DNA of 64,000 bases from Scyliorhinus canicula (Eukaryota), in assembly GCF_902713615.1 (NCBI RefSeq), contig NC_052172.1, positions 124,001 to 188,000 on the forward strand, in the 5' to 3' direction. Every line of letters starts with the position of its first letter. The first letter of the stretch is position 1. The position numbers were made by a program, and so were the translations under genes. Positions 37,553-49,412 of the stretch are shown piece by piece. Below the pieces are notes generated by a model. It was not told where the DNA came from. It searched no databases and worked only from the letters and a program-made list of their open reading frames with translations.

Positions 37553-39389
37553 AAAAGTTCTTATAATTATATAAAACTAAAAAGAGTGGCTAAAGTAAAC
37601 ATTGGTCCATTAGAGGATGAGAGTGGTCAGTTAGTTATGGGATATGATGAAATGGCGGAGGCATTGAACAAATATTTTGTATCGGTCTTCACAGTGGAGG
37701 ACACTAATAACATGCCAACAATTGACCGAGAGAAGAAGGTAGGTGAGGACCTGGAAACCATTACTATCACGAAAGAGCAAGTGTTGGGCAAGCTAATGGA
37801 GCTCAGGATAGATAAGTCTCCTGGCCCTGATGGAATGCATCCCAGGGTACTGAAAGGGATGCCTGGAGTAATAGCAGATGCACTGGTGGTAATTTTCCAA
37901 AATTCGCTGAACACTGGGGCAGTCCCAGAGGATTGGAAAACAGCAAATGTGACGCCACTGTTTAAAAAGGGAAGTAGACATAAGATGGGGAATTATAGAC
38001 CGGTTAGCTTAACCTCTGTCGTGGGGAAGATGCTTGAGTCTATTATCAAGAAAGAGATAGGAGGGCACCTCGATAGAAATTGTCCCATTGAATGGACGCA
38101 GCATGGATTCATGAAGGGCACGTCATGCTTGACGAATCTCTTGGAATTCTATGAAGACATTTAAAGCAAGGTAGACAAAGGGGACCCAGTGGATGTGGTG
38201 TACCTAGATTTCCAAAAGGCCTTTGACAAGGTACCGCACAAGAGGCTGCTGCATAAGATAAGGATGCATGGTGTTAAGGGTAGAGTACAAGCATGGATAG
38301 AGGATTGGTTGACTAACAGGAATCAAAGAGTGGGAATAAATGAGTGCTATTCTGGCTGGCAATCAGTGACGAGTGGTGTGCCTCAGGGATCGGTTTTGGG
38401 ACCACAATTATTTACAATTTATATAGACGATTTGGAGTTGGGAACTACGTGTAAGGTATCCAAGTTTGCAGATGACACAAAGGTGTGTGGCAGAGCAAAG
38501 TGTACTGAGGACTGTAAAATCTTACAGAGGAACATTGACACATTGAGTGAGTGGGCAAAGGTCTGGCAGATGGAGTATAATGTCAATAAGTGTGAAGTCG
38601 TGCATTTTGGTAGGAGTAACAATAGAACGGATTATTACTTAAATGGTAAAAAGCTGCAGCATGCTGCTATGCAGAGGGACCTGGGTGTACTTGTGCATGA
38701 GTCACAGAAGGTTGGTCTGCAGGTGCAACAAGTAATTAGGAAGGCAAATGGAATTTTGTCCTTCATTGCGAAGGGGATTGAGTTTAAAAGCAGAGAGGTA
38801 ATGTTGCAGTTGTACAAGGTGCTGGTGAAGCCACACCTGGAGTATTGGGTGCAGTTTTGGTCTCCACACTTGAGAATGGATGTGCTAGCACTAGAGGGGG
38901 TGCAGAGGAGGTTCACTAGGCTGATTCCGGAGTTGAGGGGGTTGTCGTATGAGGAGAGGCTGAGTAGATTGGGATTATATTCACTGGAATTCAGAAGGTT
39001 GAGGGGGGATCTAATAGAAACATATAAAATTTTGAAGTGAATGGATAAGATAGAAGTAGAAAGGATGTTTCCACTGGTAGGTGAAAGTAGGACAAGAGGG
39101 CATAGCCTCAAGATTAGGGGGAACAGATTTAGGACTGAATCAAGGAGGAACTTCTTCACTCAGAGGGTGGTTAAAGTATGGAATTCCCTACCGAAGGGAG
39201 TAGTAGACGCTACTTCATTGAATATATTTAAAGATAGGGTAGATGTTTTTTTGAAAAATAAAGGAATTACGGGATATGGCGAGAATGCGGGTAAGTGGTT
39301 CTGAGACCACGAATAGATCAGCCATGATCTTATAGAATGGCGGAGCAGGCTCGAAGGGCCGGACGGTCTACTTCTGCTCCTAGTTCTTA
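37553..39389 (+). mobile_element. 5'-truncated CR1 LINE nested in L1
   Basis: [54 protein letters not shown]; stop codons present. Confidence 0.95.
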
Positions 39390-39496
39390 AAGTCCATTTG
39401 TAACTTTTTCCTTTCCGCCAAGAGCTCTGCTGTTGGGACCAGCTGCTGCCGAGCCTCTCTCTCCTCTCCCTTCGCAATCATTTCCCCTCTTTTTTT

Positions 39497-39728
39497 TTAA
39501 ATTTAGAGTACCCAATCCATTTTAAAATTTTCTTTTTTCAATTAAGGGGCAATTTAGCGTGGGCAATCCACCTGGCTTCCACATCTTTGGGTTGTGAGGG
39601 CGAAACCCACGCAAACACGGGGAGAATGTGCAAACTCCACACAGACAGTGACCCAGAGCCGAGATCAAACCTGGGACCTCGGCGTAAGTGAGGCTGCAGT
39701 GCTAACCCACTGTGCCACCATTCTGCCC
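39497..39728 (-). mobile_element. V-SINE variant nested in L1
   Basis: tRNA head with a shortened core. Confidence 0.8.
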
Positions 39729-42700
39729 AATTTCCCCTCTAATCATGGCCTTTAGCGCCTCACAGAACGTGGAGGATGAAACCTCCACCATCTTGTTTGT
39801 CGTCTACTCCGCTATGGCCTGCGATACCCTCTCGCTGAAGTCCTTGTAGGGCAGTGTCCAACCTCCATGTGGGGCGTTGGGTGCTGCCTGTCTCTAACCT
39901 CACATCCATATAATGTGGAACGTGGTCGGAGATTCCGCTTGTGGAGTACTCCGCCTTGACCAGCCCTGGGAGCACCCATTTTGTGACCACAAAGAAGTCA
40001 ATCCTTGCGTATACGTTGTGGACTGAGAGAAGAAGGAGAACTCCTTCTGCCCTGGGCGGGTGATCCTCCATGGATCCACTGTCCCCATCTGCCCCATGAA
40101 GCGACCGGGTTCTTTCTCCATGGAGAAGGTCTTCCACGTTCTGCGGTTTGACCTGCCTGTCGCTCCTGTACACAGTAAAAGTCCCCCCACCCCCCACCAT
40201 GATCAGTCGGTGCGTCGCTATGTAGGGTATTTCCACCATGGTTTTTTTAATAAATTTTGCGTTGTCCCAGTTGGGAGCTTCCACGTTGACAGTACTACCG
40301 CTGCGCCATCCAGCCATGACGGACCATCCCCCTGAGTCCGTTACCATCTTCGTCTGCTTAAACATCATCCTGTTCTTCAACAGAATCACTACCCCCTGGC
40401 ACTCATCCCATAGCAGGAACGGTAAGTCTGTCCCACCCAGCCCTTCCTTACCTGCTGCCTGTGCTGGTCTCTCGGGTGTCTGTCTTGGAGGATAACTATG
40501 TCGGCCCTCATGCTACTTTGGTGGATGAAGACTCTGGATCTTTTCACTGGGCCGTTATGTCCCTGACATTCCGGGTGACTATCCTGGTGGGGAATTTTGT
40601 CCCCCTGCTCCTGTGGGATTAACCATACTTACCTGGTAGATGCGCCCCTGCACTCCGGGGTTTCCCTTTGTCCAGGGGGCACCAAGCACGGCTGCCAACA
40701 GTGCGTCTGCCATATAGTTAGGCCCCTGTACTCCAGGGTCTCCCTTCGCCCAGAGACCGTACTGGGTGGTTGTCTGCAGAGCTTCTTTGTTCTGGGCCCC
40801 TGCCTGTGGCCCTATGTAGCCATATTATCCGTTTTTCTCCATTCCTGTCCCTTTCCCCATCACCCCCCCTTCCCGTCCCCACTCTCCCATCCCCTTTCCC
40901 TTCCCCTCCCCCTCTGTCCCCCTTCCCCCAGCTCTTTTCCTCCTTTACTTCTCCGTCCCCGCTGCTTGTTCCCACTCCCCCTGCCAGGCACTGCCCCCCC
41001 CCCCCCCCCCCCCCCCCTGTTGGAAGACAGCCGCGGCCTCTATCTGCTGCATGTTCCCGGCGTTAGCTCTCCCGCTAGTGTGGTGACCCTCCTCCCGGGA
41101 GTTACTGTCCCGCTGTCCTCCCACCCAATCTCTGTGGTTTCTGTATGTTCTTTCCACATCATGCCCGATACTTGGTCCTCCGCCTTTTGCCCTTGTCTGT
41201 ACGTATGTGGCCACCATCTTCCATCTCCAGCGGTCACTCGGATGGCAGCTCATAGTTCATCAAGCCGGGTTGTGTTGTGGGGGGTGGAGGGGGGATGAGG
41301 TTCTTTTCTCACCCCCCTCCCCGCCACTTGGTTTGTGATCGCGCTGCCAGTCTTCGCCTGGACCCCTCCCGCCTCTCCTGTGGTCACGGCCCCAGCCCGC
41401 AGTCTGTGACAAACGTATCTGCTTCAGCTGGGGCCATAAAAAAATGTTTTTTGCCCTGGTATGTGACCCAGAGCTTGGGTGGATATAACATTCTTAAGTG
41501 TACGCCGCTTTCGTACAGCGCTGCTTTGGCCCTGTTAAATCCAGCTCTGCACGTGGCCAGGTCAGCCCCAATGTCCTGATAAATTCGGAGTCTGTGTCCT
41601 TCCCAATTGCAGTTCCTGGACTGCCTGGCCCAGAGCAGGATTCTTTCCCAGTGCTGGTATTGCTGTACTTTGGCTTTGATGGCATTTGGTTATTCCCCAG
41701 CCTTGGGATTCGGTCGCAGCGACTGGTGATCCCTGTCTATTTCTGGTGGGTTTGGGAAGATCACCCTTCCCACCACGTTGCCCAGCATTTGAGCCATGTA
41801 GTCCGTGGGCACTTTGCCTTCGGTTCCTTCTGGTAGGCCCACGATTCACAGGTTCTGCCTCCTGGACTGAGTTTCCTGGTCCTTGACCTTCCCACTCAGG
41901 TTACCCTGCGCTGCGACCAGTCTCTCCACCTCCTTTTCCAGAGCCACCATCGGTGGGTTTGGTCGGTTGCGGCTCTCTCAAGGCCTTTGATGGTGGCTTC
42001 CTGAGCCTCCAGTTTCTTTTCGGCCCTGCTCAGAGCTATCTGTATTTGCAGCAGAGTTTCAGCAAATGCCTCTTTCATCGCGGCCTGTATGTCAGTTTGA
42101 ATTTCTTGATGATGCTCTTTCAGTGCCTCTGAGAGGGATGCCACCGTCCAGTTCCCTCCCAGTGAGGGAGGGTTTTGTACTTGGCTGTTCCGCCTTTTTT
42201 GCTCCGGCTTGTGCTCCGCTGCCTCGTGCGCTGGTCCCCAATCCGATTGCCTCCGCTCCAGACCCCTTCCACGTCTGGTCCCCGTGCAGCTTCTGGCCTG
42301 GCCTTTTCCCATCATTTTATTTCTCCTTCTTTTGTCTCCCGTCTTCTTCACATTTGGGGAACAGATCAGTGGTAGGTTTGGCAAGTTTTTATTGAAAAAA
42401 GGGTGATTGTTTCACAGTGCTGTGGGAGGAGAGCGAGAAAAAGAGAAAACAAAAGGGGAGAGAGAGAAAAAATGGAAGAAAAGAAAGAAAAAAGGAGAGA
42501 GTTCCCTAAGAAACAAACAAAAAGGAGAAGAGAACTGAGAAAACAAAATCCCCGATGAAGAAAACTGAGATCTGTTCCAAACGGGCTGACAAGCCCGAAG
42601 TGCCGGTACCTGCGCGGGAGGCCACCCACGATGCAGTGGGCAATCACTCCAGCCCCGCAGAGAGAGAAAAGGGAAAATAAACCCCCGAGAAATGGAAAAA

Positions 42701-43104
42701 TAAGCCAACGAGACAAGCAACAAAGAAAACGGAGGAAGACAAAAAGGAGGGACCATGGGGAGAGAGATCCCATGAGAGAGAGAGAGAGAAATAAAGACCC
42801 ACGGGAGGAGACAACAAGAGAGGAAAAAAAGCACCTCCAAAAAGACGGAGTTCTCCTTTGATCAGCCCGAACTGCCGGCACCAGTGGAGGAGCCGCCCAC
42901 TATGCTGGCACTGTGTCTTCACTTACAATTCTTTAGTCGCTCACACAATAGTTCTTTCTTTTATTCCCCTGTACTCTGGAAAGTGCCTCCTTATGCCAAG
43001 TTCGGAACTTTCCAAAATATTTCAATTGTTGCACGTAAAGGTATTTTTGATTGTAGTGGAGAGCCTCCACGTGCGTGCTACCCCCTCTGAGCACAGCCCC
43101 CCCT

Positions 43105-43935
43105 GTGTTTAGACACTTAACTCATTTTACAAATTCCCTCATTTCACACATTCACAGGTTTACACACTCCCCTTGTTTTGCACACCCTCCTTGTTTTACA
43201 CAGTCCTATAAGTTACACATTATCCTGGTTAACACATCCATCTGCTTAATACACTCCCCTGTTCCACACACGACCCTGGTTTACACACTTCCAATAGTTT
43301 GCACACTCCCCAGGTTTACCCACTCTTCTGTTATGCTTGGCTTTACACACTCCCCTGGTTTTACACTCTCCAAGTTTACACATTCTCCGCTTTTCACACT
43401 CACCTGTTGTCCACACTCTCCTGCTTTTAAGCACTGATAAAAACATGTGATTGTGCAAAATCAGTGGAGTGTGTAAAGCATTGGAGTGTGCAAACCCAGT
43501 GATTGTGCAATACAGATGTCTATGAAACTGGAAGGTGTAAAGCCAGGGGTGGGTGAAAACTAAAGGTAAAAGTGTGTTTAAGTATGGATTGTGTAAAAGC
43601 AGGGAATTGCTCAATATGGGTGTCTATAAATCAGTGAAATGTATAAGACCAGGACAGTATGTAAAATTAGTGTGTGTGTAAAGCAGGAGGGTGTGTAAAA
43701 CCAGGGGGTGGGTAAAGCCAGTCGAGTGTGCACAATAAACAAGTGTGTAAACTTGGAGAGTGTGGTACCCGGGTGGGTGTAAATTTGCAGCGTGTATAAA
43801 ACCAGGAGACAGTGTAAATCCTGGGAGAACAGAGGACTGTGTAAACCTGGGGAGTGTGGTAGCAAGGGATGTCTGAACTAACAATCTGTGTAAAACCAGG
43901 GGAGACTGTAAAGCCTGGTACAACAGAGAAGAGAA
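43105..43935. repeat. 17-bp-family arrays with an orientation flip at ~43435 and the start of a ~93-bp higher-order repeat
   Basis: TTTACACACTCCCC units then GTGTGTAAA units; 43445-43600 resembles 1616-1790. Confidence 0.75.
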
Positions 43936-46328
43936 GAAGAGAAATACAGCACAGAACAGGCCCTTCGGCCCACGATGTTGCGCCGAACTTTTGTCCTCGG
44001 TTAATCATAGAATTTTGGACAATTTTTCATGGCCAATCCACCCAACCTGCACATCTTTGGACTGTGGGAGAAAACCGGAGCACCCGGAAGAAACCCACGC
44101 AGTCACGGGGAGGATGTGCAGACTCCACACAGACAGTGACCCAAGTCGAAATCGAACTTGGGACCATGGAGCTGTGAAGCAATTGTGCTATCCACAATGC
44201 TACCGTGCTGCCCTTAAGAAGTTAACCTACACTCCATTATTCTACCCTAATCCATGTACCTATCCAATAGCCGCTTGAAGGTCCCTAACATTTCCGTCTC
44301 AACTACTTCCACAGGCAGTGCATTCCATGCCCCCACTACTCTCTGGGTAAATAACCTACCTCTGACATCCCCTCTATATCTTCCACCATTCACCTTAAAT
44401 TTATGTCCCCTTGTAATGGTGTGTTCCACCCGGGGAAAAAGTCTCTGACTGTCTACTCTATCTATTCCCCTAATCATCTTATAAACCTCTATCAAGCCGC
44501 CCCTCATCCTTCTCCGTTCTAATGAGAAAAGACCTAGCACCCTCAACCTTTCGTCGTATGACCTACTCTCCATTCCAGGCAACATCCTGGTAAATCTCCT
44601 TTGCACCTTTTCCAAAGCTTCCACATCCTTCCTAAAATGAGGTGACCAGAACTGCACACAGTACTCCAAATGTGGCCTGACCAAGGTTTTGTACAGCTGC
44701 ATCATCACCTCACGGCTCTTAAAATCAATCCCTCTGCTAATGAACGCTAGCACACCATAGGCCTTCTTCACAGCTCTATCCACTTGAGTGGCAACTTTCA
44801 AAGATCTATGAACATAGACCCCAAGATCTCTCTGCTCCTCCACATTGCCAAGAACCCTACCATTAACCCTGTATTCCGCATTCATATTTGTCCTTCCAAA
44901 ATGGACAACCTCACACTTGTCAGGGTTAAACTCCATCTGCCACTTCTCAGCCCAGCTCTGCATTCTATCTATGTCTCTTTGAAGCCGACAACAGCCCTCC
45001 TCACTATCCACAACACCACAAATCTTCGTATCATCTGCAAATTTACTGATCCACCCTTCAACTCCCGCATCCAAGTCGTTAATGAATATCACAAACAGCA
45101 AGGGACCCAGAACTGATCCCTGCTGTACGCCACTGATAACTGGGCTCCAGGCTGAATATTTGCCATCCACCACCACTCTCTGTCTTCTATCGGTTAGCCA
45201 GTTTGTTATCCAACTGGCCAAATTTCCCACTATCCCATGCCTCCTTACTTTCTGCATAAGCCTACCATGGGCAACCTTATCTAATGCCTTACTAAAATCC
45301 ATGTACACTACATCCACTGCTTTACCTTCATCCACATGCTTGGTCACCTCCTCAAAGAAGTCAATAAAACTTGCAAGGCAAGACCTACCCCTCACAAATC
45401 CGTGCTGACTATCCCTAATCAAGCAATGCCTTTCCAGATGCTCAGAAATCCTATCCCTCAGTACCCTCCCCATTACTTCGCCTACCACCGAAGTAAGACT
45501 AACTGGCCTGTAATTCCCAGGGTTATCCCTATTCCCTTTTTTGAACAGGGGGACGACATTAGCCACTCTCCAATCCTCTGGTACCACTCCTGTTGACAGT
45601 GAGGACGAAAAGATCATTGCCAACGGCTCTGCAATTTCATTTCTTGCTTCCCATAGAATCCTTGGATATATCCCGTCAGGCCCGGGGAACTTGTCTATCC
45701 TCAAGTTTTTCAAAACGCGCAACACATCTTCCTTCCTGACAAGTATCTCCTCAAGCTTATCAGTCTGCTTCACGCTGTCCTCTCCAACAATATGGCCCCT
45801 CTCGTTTGTAAATACTGAAGCAAAATACTTGTTCAAGACCTCTCCTATCTCTTCAGACTCAATACACAATCTCCCGCTACTGTCCTTAATCGGACCTACC
45901 TCGCTCTAGTCATTCTCATATTTCTCACATATGTGTAAAAGGCCTTGGTGTTTTCCTTGATCCTACCCGCCAAAGATTTTTCATGCCCTCTCTTAGCTCT
46001 CCTAATCCCTTTCGTCAGTTCCCTCCTGGCTATCTTGTATCCCTCCAGCGCCCTGTCTGAACCTTGTTTCTTCAGCCTTACATAAATCTCCTTCTTCCTC
46101 TTAACAAGACATTCAACCTTTCTTGTCAACCATGGTTCCCTCACTCGACCATCTCTTCCCTGCCTGACAGGGACATGCATATCAAAGACACGCAGTACCT
46201 GTTCCTTGAACAAGTTCCACATTTCACTTGTGTCCTTCCCTGACAGCCTATGTTCCCAACTTCTGCACTTCAATTCTTGTCTGACAGCATTGTATTTACC
46301 CTTCCCCCAATTTACCCTTCCCCCAATT

Positions 46329-46700
46329 ATGAAGGGAATAGATAGGATAGATGCGGGCAGGTTGTTTCCACTGGCGGGTGACAGCAGAACTAGGGGGCAT
46401 AGCCTCAAAATAAGGGGAAGTAGATTTAGGACTGAGTTTAGGAGGAACTTCTTCACCCAAAGGGTTGTGAATCTATGGAATTCCTTGCCCAGTGAAGCAG
46501 TTGAGGCTCCTTCATTACATGTTTTTAAGGTAAAGATAGATAGTTTTTTGAAGAATAAAGGGATTAAGGGTTATGGTGTTCGGGCCGGAAAGTGGAGCTG
46601 AGTCCACAAAAGATCAGCCATGATCTAATTGAATGGCGGAGCAGGCTCGAGGGGCCAGATGGCCTACTCCTGCTCCTAGTTCTTATGTTCTTATGTTCTT
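46329..46700 (+). mobile_element. CR1 3' fragment nested in antisense
   Basis: RNFFTQRVVNLWNSLP, (GTTCTTAT)n tail, TTAT on both sides. Confidence 0.88.
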
Positions 46701-47528
46701 ATAAACCTTGCCCTGTTGCACGCACCTATCCCTCTCCATAACTAAAGTGAAAGTCACAGAATTGTGGCCACTACCTCCAAAATGCTCCCCCACTAACAAA
46801 TCTATCACCTGCCCTGGTTCATTACAAAGTACTACATCCAATATGGCCTCCCCTCTGGTCGGACAATCTACATACTGTGTTAGAAAAGCTTCCTGGACAC
46901 ACTGCACAAACACTACCCCATCCAAACTATTTGATCTAAAGAGTTTCCACTCAATGTTTGGGAAGTTGAAGTCACCCATGACTACTACCCTGTGACTTCT
47001 GCACCTTTCCAAAATCTGTTTCCCAATCTGTTCCTCCACATCTCTGCTGCTATTGGGGGGCCTATAGAAAACTCCCAACAAGGTGACTGCTTCTTTCCTA
47101 TTTCTGACTTCAACCCATATTACCTCAGTAGGCAGATCCCCCTCGAACTGCCTTTCTGCAGCTGTTATACTATCTCTAATTAACAATGCCACCCCCCCCC
47201 CCCCCACCTCTTTTACCATCCTCCCTAATCTTGTTGAAACATCTATAACCAGGGACCTCCAACAACCATTTCTGCCCATCTTCTATCCAAGTTTCCGTGA
47301 TGGCCACCACATCGTAGTCCCAAGTACCGATCCATGCCTTAAGTTCACCCACCTTATTCCTGATGCTTCTTGCATTAAAGTATACACACTTCAACCCATC
47401 TCCTTGCCTGCAAGTACTCTCCTTTGTCATTGTTACCTTCCCCACTGCGTCACTACGCGCTTTGGCGTCCTGACTATCGTCTTCCTTAGTTGCTGGACTA
47501 CAAATCCGTTTCCCATTCCCCTGCCAAA

Positions 47529-48464
47529 TTAGTTTAAACCCTCCCGAAGAGTACTAGAAAACCTCCCCCCCAGGATATTGGTGCCCCTCTGGTTCAGATG
47601 CAACCCTTCCTGCTTGTACAGGTCCCACCTTCCCCAGAATGCGCTCCAATTATCCAAATACCTGAAGCCCTCCCTCCTACACCATTCCTGCAGCCACGTG
47701 GTCAACTGCACTCTCTCCCTATTCCTAGCCTCGCTATCACGTGGCACCTGCAACAAACCAGAGATGACAATTCTGTCTGTCCTGGCTTTTAACTTCCAGC
47801 CTAACTCCCTAAACTTGTTTATTACCTCCACACCCCTTTTCCTACCTACGTCGTTTGTACCAATGTGCACCATGACTTCTGGCTGCTCACCCTCCCCCTT
47901 CAGGATCCTGAAGACACGATCCGAGACATCCCTGGCCCTGGCACCCGGGAGGCAACATACCTTTCGGGAGTCTCGCTCGCGACCACAGAATCTCCTATCT
48001 ATTCCCCTAACCATTGAATCTCCTATTACTATTGCTTTTCTATGCTCCCCCCTTCCCTTCTGAGCCCCAGAGCCAGACTCAGTGCCAGAGACTTGGCCGC
48101 TGGGGCCTTCCCCCGGTAGGTCATCCCCCCAAACAGCATCCAAAATAGTATGCTTGTTTTGAAGGGGAACGGCCACGAGGGATCCCTGCACTGTCTGCCT
48201 GTTAGTTTTCTTTCCCCTGACTGTAACCCAGCTACTCTTGTCCAGTACCTTTGGTGTGGCTACCTCCCTGTAACTATTCTCTATAACCCCCTCTGCCTCC
48301 TGGATGATCCGAAGTTCATCCAGCTCCAGCTCCAGTACCTTAAAACGGTCTCTGAGGAGCTGGAGTTGGGTGCACTTCCCGCAGGTATAGTCAGCGGGGA
48401 CACCAGTGGTATCCCTCACTACCCACATCCTACAGGAGGAGCATGCAACTGCCCTAGCCTCCAT
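47529..48464 (-). CDS. CR1 ORF1: Cys-rich zinc finger/leucine zipper plus SGNH(GDSL) esterase, 311 aa, open
   Basis: CSSC..CGKC; VIGDSMVR, VHIGTNDV, EGLHLN motifs. Confidence 0.85.
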   Translation of the reverse strand: MEARAVACSSCRMWVVRDTTGVPADYTCGKCTQLQLLRDRFKVLELELDELRIIQEAEGVIENSYREVATPKVLDKSSWVTVRGKKTNRQTVQGSLVAVPLQNKHTILDAVWGDDLPGEGPSGQVSGTESGSGAQKGRGEHRKAIVIGDSMVRGIDRRFCGRERDSRKVCCLPGARARDVSDRVFRILKGEGEQPEVMVHIGTNDVGRKRGVEVINKFRELGWKLKARTDRIVISGLLQVPRDSEARNRERVQLTTWLQEWCRREGFRYLDNWSAFWGRWDLYKQEGLHLNQRGTNILGGRFSSTLREGLN

Positions 48465-48642
48465 CCCCTCTTACTTTACATAATTAGCTGCCCCCTGGAC
48501 CAACTGGACCTCCGCCCTCCGACTCTACTTCCAGTCAGCTGTACTCTAAACTCCTGGCTCCCTTCACGCTCTTTGATAAATATAGGAAATGAAATGTAAG
48601 GAGCACCTTACTCCCTCCTCAGCTAACTCCCTCAGTCACCAA

Positions 48643-49085
48643 GAGGAGTAGGTAAACCGGGGGAGTGTGGTACCCATGGTGTGTAAACTAGCGGTGTGTC
48701 TACAACCAGGAGAGAGTGTAAATCCTGTTCCAACAGAGGAGTGGGTAAACCTGGGGAATGTGGTACCCAGGGATGTGTAAACTAGCGGTGTGCGTAAAAC
48801 AAGGGGAGAGTGTAAATCCTGTTCCAACAGAGGAGTGGGTAAACCGGGGGAGTGTGGTACCCAGGGATGTGTAAACTAGCGGTGTGCGTAAAACAAGGGG
48901 AGAGTGTAAAACCTGGTATATCAGAGATATGTGTAAACCTGGGCAGTGGTACCCGGTGATATGTGAACAACCAGTGTGTGTAGAACTAAGGGAGACTGTA
49001 AACCAGGGGAGTGTGTGAGCCGGGGGAGTGAGTAAACCAGGGGAGTGAGTAAACCAGGAGAGTGTGCGAACCAGGGGTGTGTGCC
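48643..49085 (+). repeat. 93/94-bp higher-order repeat (~3 copies) plus 17-bp monomers
   Basis: GTAAAC unit starts at 48652, 48745 and 48839. Confidence 0.85.
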
Positions 49086-49113
49086 TGACAGATACAGAAG
49101 CACATTCCAGATT

Positions 49114-49412
49114 AGGGGGTGGCACAGTGGTTTGAACTGCTGCTTCACAGCTCCAGGGATCGAGGTTCAATTCCGGCTTTGGGTGACTGGTGTTTGCACT
49201 TTATCCCTGTGGGTTTCCTCCCACAGTCCAATGATGTGCAGGTTAGGTGGATAGGTCAGGATAAATTTTCCCTTATTGTCCAAAAAAGTTAGATGTAGAT
49301 ACTGGGTTATGGGGATAGGGTGGAGGCTTGGGCCGAGGTAGGTTACTCTTTCCAAGGGTCAGTGCTGGCTCGATGGGCTGAATGGCCTACGCCTGCACTG
49401 GAGGGATTCTAT
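49114..49412 (+). mobile_element. HE1-type V-SINE, diverged
   Basis: Head, core and tail recognisable. Confidence 0.8.

Larger units (their letters stand above)
33460..42912 (-). mobile_element. Near full-length degenerate L1-clade LINE (5' UTR, ORF1 ~41380-42384, ORF2 ~34226-40590, 3' UTR)
   Basis: Coiled-coil ORF1; GKAAGPDGFLADFYK, EDQTGFVKGR, SLDAEKAF, GTRQGCPLS, SLYADDLL, IKMNVLPR motifs. Confidence 0.92.
43940..48642 (-). mobile_element. Near full-length CR1 (HER1-like) LINE inserted in the higher-order array
   Basis: Intact ORF1, frameshifted EN, 540-aa RT stretch (44247-45869), 3' UTR with embedded SINE (44004-44213). Confidence 0.95.

Noticed and set aside
42366-42922. Hydrophobic Phe/Leu/Ser-rich ORFs
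   Set aside because: Pyrimidine-rich L1 5' UTR, low complexity
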